64,000 bases of DNA from the human T2T-CHM13v2.0 reference genome, Homo sapiens. This document shows positions 62,593 through 64,000 of the stretch, one piece after another (position 1 is the first letter of the stretch; each line of letters begins with the position of its first letter). The stretch is taken from assembly GCF_009914755.1 (NCBI RefSeq), contig NC_060928.1; one strand, given 5' to 3'. The notes under the pieces were generated by a model. The model saw only the letters and a list, made by a program, of their open reading frames with translations. It was not told the DNA's origin and made no database searches. Made by a program: the position numbers and the translations under genes.

Positions 62593-63584
62593 TTAAAGAA
62601 ACAGTCCCAGAAAAAGTTATTTTTAATTTAATTTACCAAGTCCTTGGAATGTATGTTTTTCTTAGGGAGCTAAGGAAAGAAATTTGATAATTTTACAAGA
62701 ATTATCTAGAGATTATTTCTTATTTATTGAAGTTTTCAAAACTAGTTCAGAATACTCTTACATCAGGAATTATCTTTTAACTAGATAAGTAGAATTCTCA
62801 TGACATTAAGTGTAGCTTAAGTTAATGGTCATTTATAATTTAGAATGTCATCTATGTCAATAAAAGTAACAAATAACTGCATGAGTATTGTAAAATGAAA
62901 TAAAATATCTGGATTTTTCAGTTTATTTCTCTTATAATGTATTCAGACAAAGAACTGTGGCCTGAGATATTTCCTATAGAAGTACAATAATTTTTTTACT
63001 TAGTTTGTTTTTTAAAATTCTTTCAATTGAATATTTGTTTTGAGCTTATGTCAATTTCAATTAAGCTATTTTTGTAAAGTAAGTAGATTTGGGTGGCACT
63101 TCCTCTTTGATAGGCAGCTCTATTCTTCAAAAATCTCTCTATTCTTTCCTACATTGAAAATTAGAATGTTGGTTAAGTAAATGACAATGAGGTAGATAAT
63201 TGAAAAGTATATTCATTTCATAGAAATAGAAACATCATTTTTATTAGGCACTGTGTAAAACCAAAGTACACCCCAAACTTCTAACATATTTGGTTTCAGA
63301 ATATTTATAACTCTTTTTATTTACCTTGTGTGGCAGACATGTAAGTAATAGTGTGGCAGCAACCATTAATGTTTTCCAGCGTAATTTATTTTTCTTTAGT
63401 AAGACTGAGAAGTTGGGTGAAGTAACTGGTAGTGATTAAAGAGAGTTGTGAACTCAAAGAATCTATTGATGAAAGAGTTGTTGAGATATTTCGAGGGAAA
63501 AGAAGACCAAATAATTCTGGTAAAGTAAAATTATAGGAATATCTGTAGGGAACTGTGGGGTAAAATAAGATGTTAGAGTTATGT

Positions 63585-63609
63585 AAAAAAAAAAAAAAAA
63601 AAAAAAAAA
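63585..63609 (+). repeat. A25 homopolymer
   Basis: Directly visible. Confidence 0.95.
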
Positions 63610-63767
63610 GCCAGTAAGGGTATGTTTAGTAGATATATGGATAATTCAGGAAAACGAAATCCTAAAGATATTCTGGAAAGTTCAGGAAAATCAGCTTATA
63701 ATCAAAGTACCAATGAAGATACAGAGAATATTCAGCAGAAGATACTGTGGGAGAAGGGTGCTGTGTC

Positions 63768-63769
<2 letters not shown>

Positions 63770-63801
<32 letters not shown>

Positions 63802-63819
63802 TTATATGTGTGTGTGTGT
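63770..63819. repeat. Interrupted (TG)n microsatellite
   Basis: Directly visible. Confidence 0.95.
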
Positions 63820-63943
63820 AAGTTTAAATTCTATGTATCTTTAGCCATCACGAGTGGGCATTAGTAGAGATATTATCAGTGAATAACTTACTACTCTCTG
63901 CCCACCCACTTCTTTGGAATTTTTTTAAAGAACCTATAGGTCT

Positions 63944-64000
63944 AGCCGGGCGCGGTGGCTCACGCCTGTAATCCCAGCACTTTGGGAGGCCAAGGCGGGC
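63944..64000 (+). mobile_element. 5' start of an Alu, cut by the window edge
   Basis: gccgggcgcggtggctcacgcctgtaatcccagcactttgggagg; upstream tttt/aaag target. Confidence 0.93.

Overview
AT-rich primate (human-like) genomic DNA made mostly of interspersed repeats. I found no intact cellular protein-coding gene, RNA gene or CRISPR array. Repeats present: LINE-1 of several ages, including a young L1PA2/3-type 5'-inverted insertion with perfect TSDs nested in an old L1MA/MB; Alus (J, S and a Yc/Yd-type); MaLR/ERVL LTRs including a two-LTR THE1C; an ERVL pol relic; Tigger4 and MADE1 DNA transposons; L2 and MIR relics; microsatellites. The long ORFs in the track are defective L1 ORF2 pieces. Repeat subfamily names come from recalled consensus motifs, not from a database search. 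The most interesting structure is a ~1.4 kb non-TE retroposed insert (46021-47426, minus strand). It has a poly(A), an AATAAA, degenerate TSDs and a TT/AAAA target. It carries an exon-like coiled-coil fragment with its upstream intron, and an L1 segment with strand-skewed T>C changes that may be fossil A-to-I editing. Also notable: a ~200 bp templated insertion with a patchwork junction (44252-44529), a four-arm quasi-palindrome (52908-53030), an 82 bp MITE-like inverted repeat (38359-38440) and a second, much older 5'-inverted L1. I do not see a demonstrably new biological system; these are candidate molecular fossils to test.
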